Shown: in pieces, positions 61,852 to 64,000 of the stretch | Numbering within the stretch: position 1 is the stretch's first letter | How the letters are laid out: every line of letters starts with the position of its first letter | NCBI GenBank assembly: GCA_963722385.1 | Contig: CAVRKK010000002.1 | Location: 128,001 to 192,000 of the forward strand | DNA length: 64,000 nt | Source: an uncultured bacterium | Lineage (GTDB): Bacteria; Babelota; Babeliae; Babelales; Babelaceae | Direction: 5' to 3' | Made by a program: the position numbers and the translations under genes | Notes under the pieces: model-generated | The model's database searches: none | The model's input: only the letters and a program-made list of their open reading frames with translations | Told to the model about the DNA's origin: nothing

Positions 61852-62655
61852 GTGACGAAAATAATGAGCACCCTGACACGCTATAACCGCCGCTTCTTTT
61901 GGATAGGCTTGATAGCTTGCTTGTACACTTTTTTATATATGCCCATTATTATTTTGGTTGTTTTTTCTTTTAATACCCAAGCATTTCCCGCTCCATGGCA
62001 TGCTTTTACCCTCCATTGGTATAAGGAGCTCTGGTATAACTCTGCCGAGCTCTGGAGCTCACTCTATAACTCTTTGCTTGTTGCCGCGTCAACGACCGTA
62101 TTAAGCCTTGCCATGGCGGTAGCCCTTATTTTTTCGGTCATGCAAAAAGCAAGCATTAAAAAGTTCTCCCAAGTTTTTTATGCCAATCTTATTGTTCCTG
62201 AAATCGTATTGGCTGTTGGCCTCTTGAGCCTCTTTGGCCTCTTTTCAATTTCCTTAGGCAAAATGACCCTGATAGCGGCCCATACCGTTTTGGGGCTAGG
62301 CTACGCGGTGCCGATCTTACAGGTGCGCTATCATGAGCTTGATCCTCGCTTGCTCGAGGCATCGGCTGACCTCGGCGCAACGACCTTCCAGACCCTTCGG
62401 CGCGTCATACTGCCCTTGTTAAGGCCAGCGCTGCTCGCTGCCGGCTTGCTCGTTTTTATTATTTCATTTGATGACTTCGTGCTTTCTTATTTTTGTACGG
62501 GACCATCCTCTCAGACTTTGCCAGTCTATATCCTATCGCTCCTTCGGGGGGGCGTTTCACCCGTTGTAAATGCTTTGTCGACAGGGTTGCTGGTGCTCAG
62601 CAGCTTATTGGTCGTTCTATTTTGCTCGTTAGCGATACGTCTAAAAATATTTTAA
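61852..62655 (+). CDS. potC: Polyamine ABC transporter permease
   Basis: FLYMPI..LVVFSFN, PEIV, EASADLGA, SFDDF, TLP. Confidence 0.88.
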   Translation: MTKIMSTLTRYNRRFFWIGLIACLYTFLYMPIIILVVFSFNTQAFPAPWHAFTLHWYKELWYNSAELWSSLYNSLLVAASTTVLSLAMAVALIFSVMQKASIKKFSQVFYANLIVPEIVLAVGLLSLFGLFSISLGKMTLIAAHTVLGLGYAVPILQVRYHELDPRLLEASADLGATTFQTLRRVILPLLRPALLAAGLLVFIISFDDFVLSYFCTGPSSQTLPVYILSLLRGGVSPVVNALSTGLLVLSSLLVVLFCSLAIRLKIF

Positions 62656-62666
62656 AGGATAGATTG

Positions 62667-64000
<1,334 letters not shown>

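Overview
Bacterial chromosomal window, moderately AT-rich, with housekeeping genes (gyrB 3' end, tilS, tadA, dksA-like, tRNA-Thr, rpsI, glmS-like, ftsB, sodA, murJ, alr, uvrB, an Omp85/BamA-family gene, potABCD, metG 5' end) interleaved with many signal-peptide orphan, ankyrin and LRR genes, toxin-antitoxin modules and gene remnants. This gene content suggests an intracellular protist-associated bacterium, possibly Babeliae/Dependentiae (TM6); that is an inference. The standout is a ~14.5 kb locus (36.4-51.0 kb) encoding a RavA/MoxR-type AAA+ ATPase and a transglutaminase-like+vWA fusion protein, both with N-terminal signal-like peptides, followed by a tandem, recombining array of signal peptide-FGE-sulfatase(C-lectin-fold)-LRR paralogs (three intact, one pseudogene, one remnant), with a 34/36-identical promoter duplicated within the locus. 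Other notable items: a GlmS lacking its catalytic Cys1, an ankyrin protein with NLS-like and F-box-like motifs, a TnpB/IS605 right-end remnant, a GC-rich palindromic intergenic element, and several decaying TA modules.
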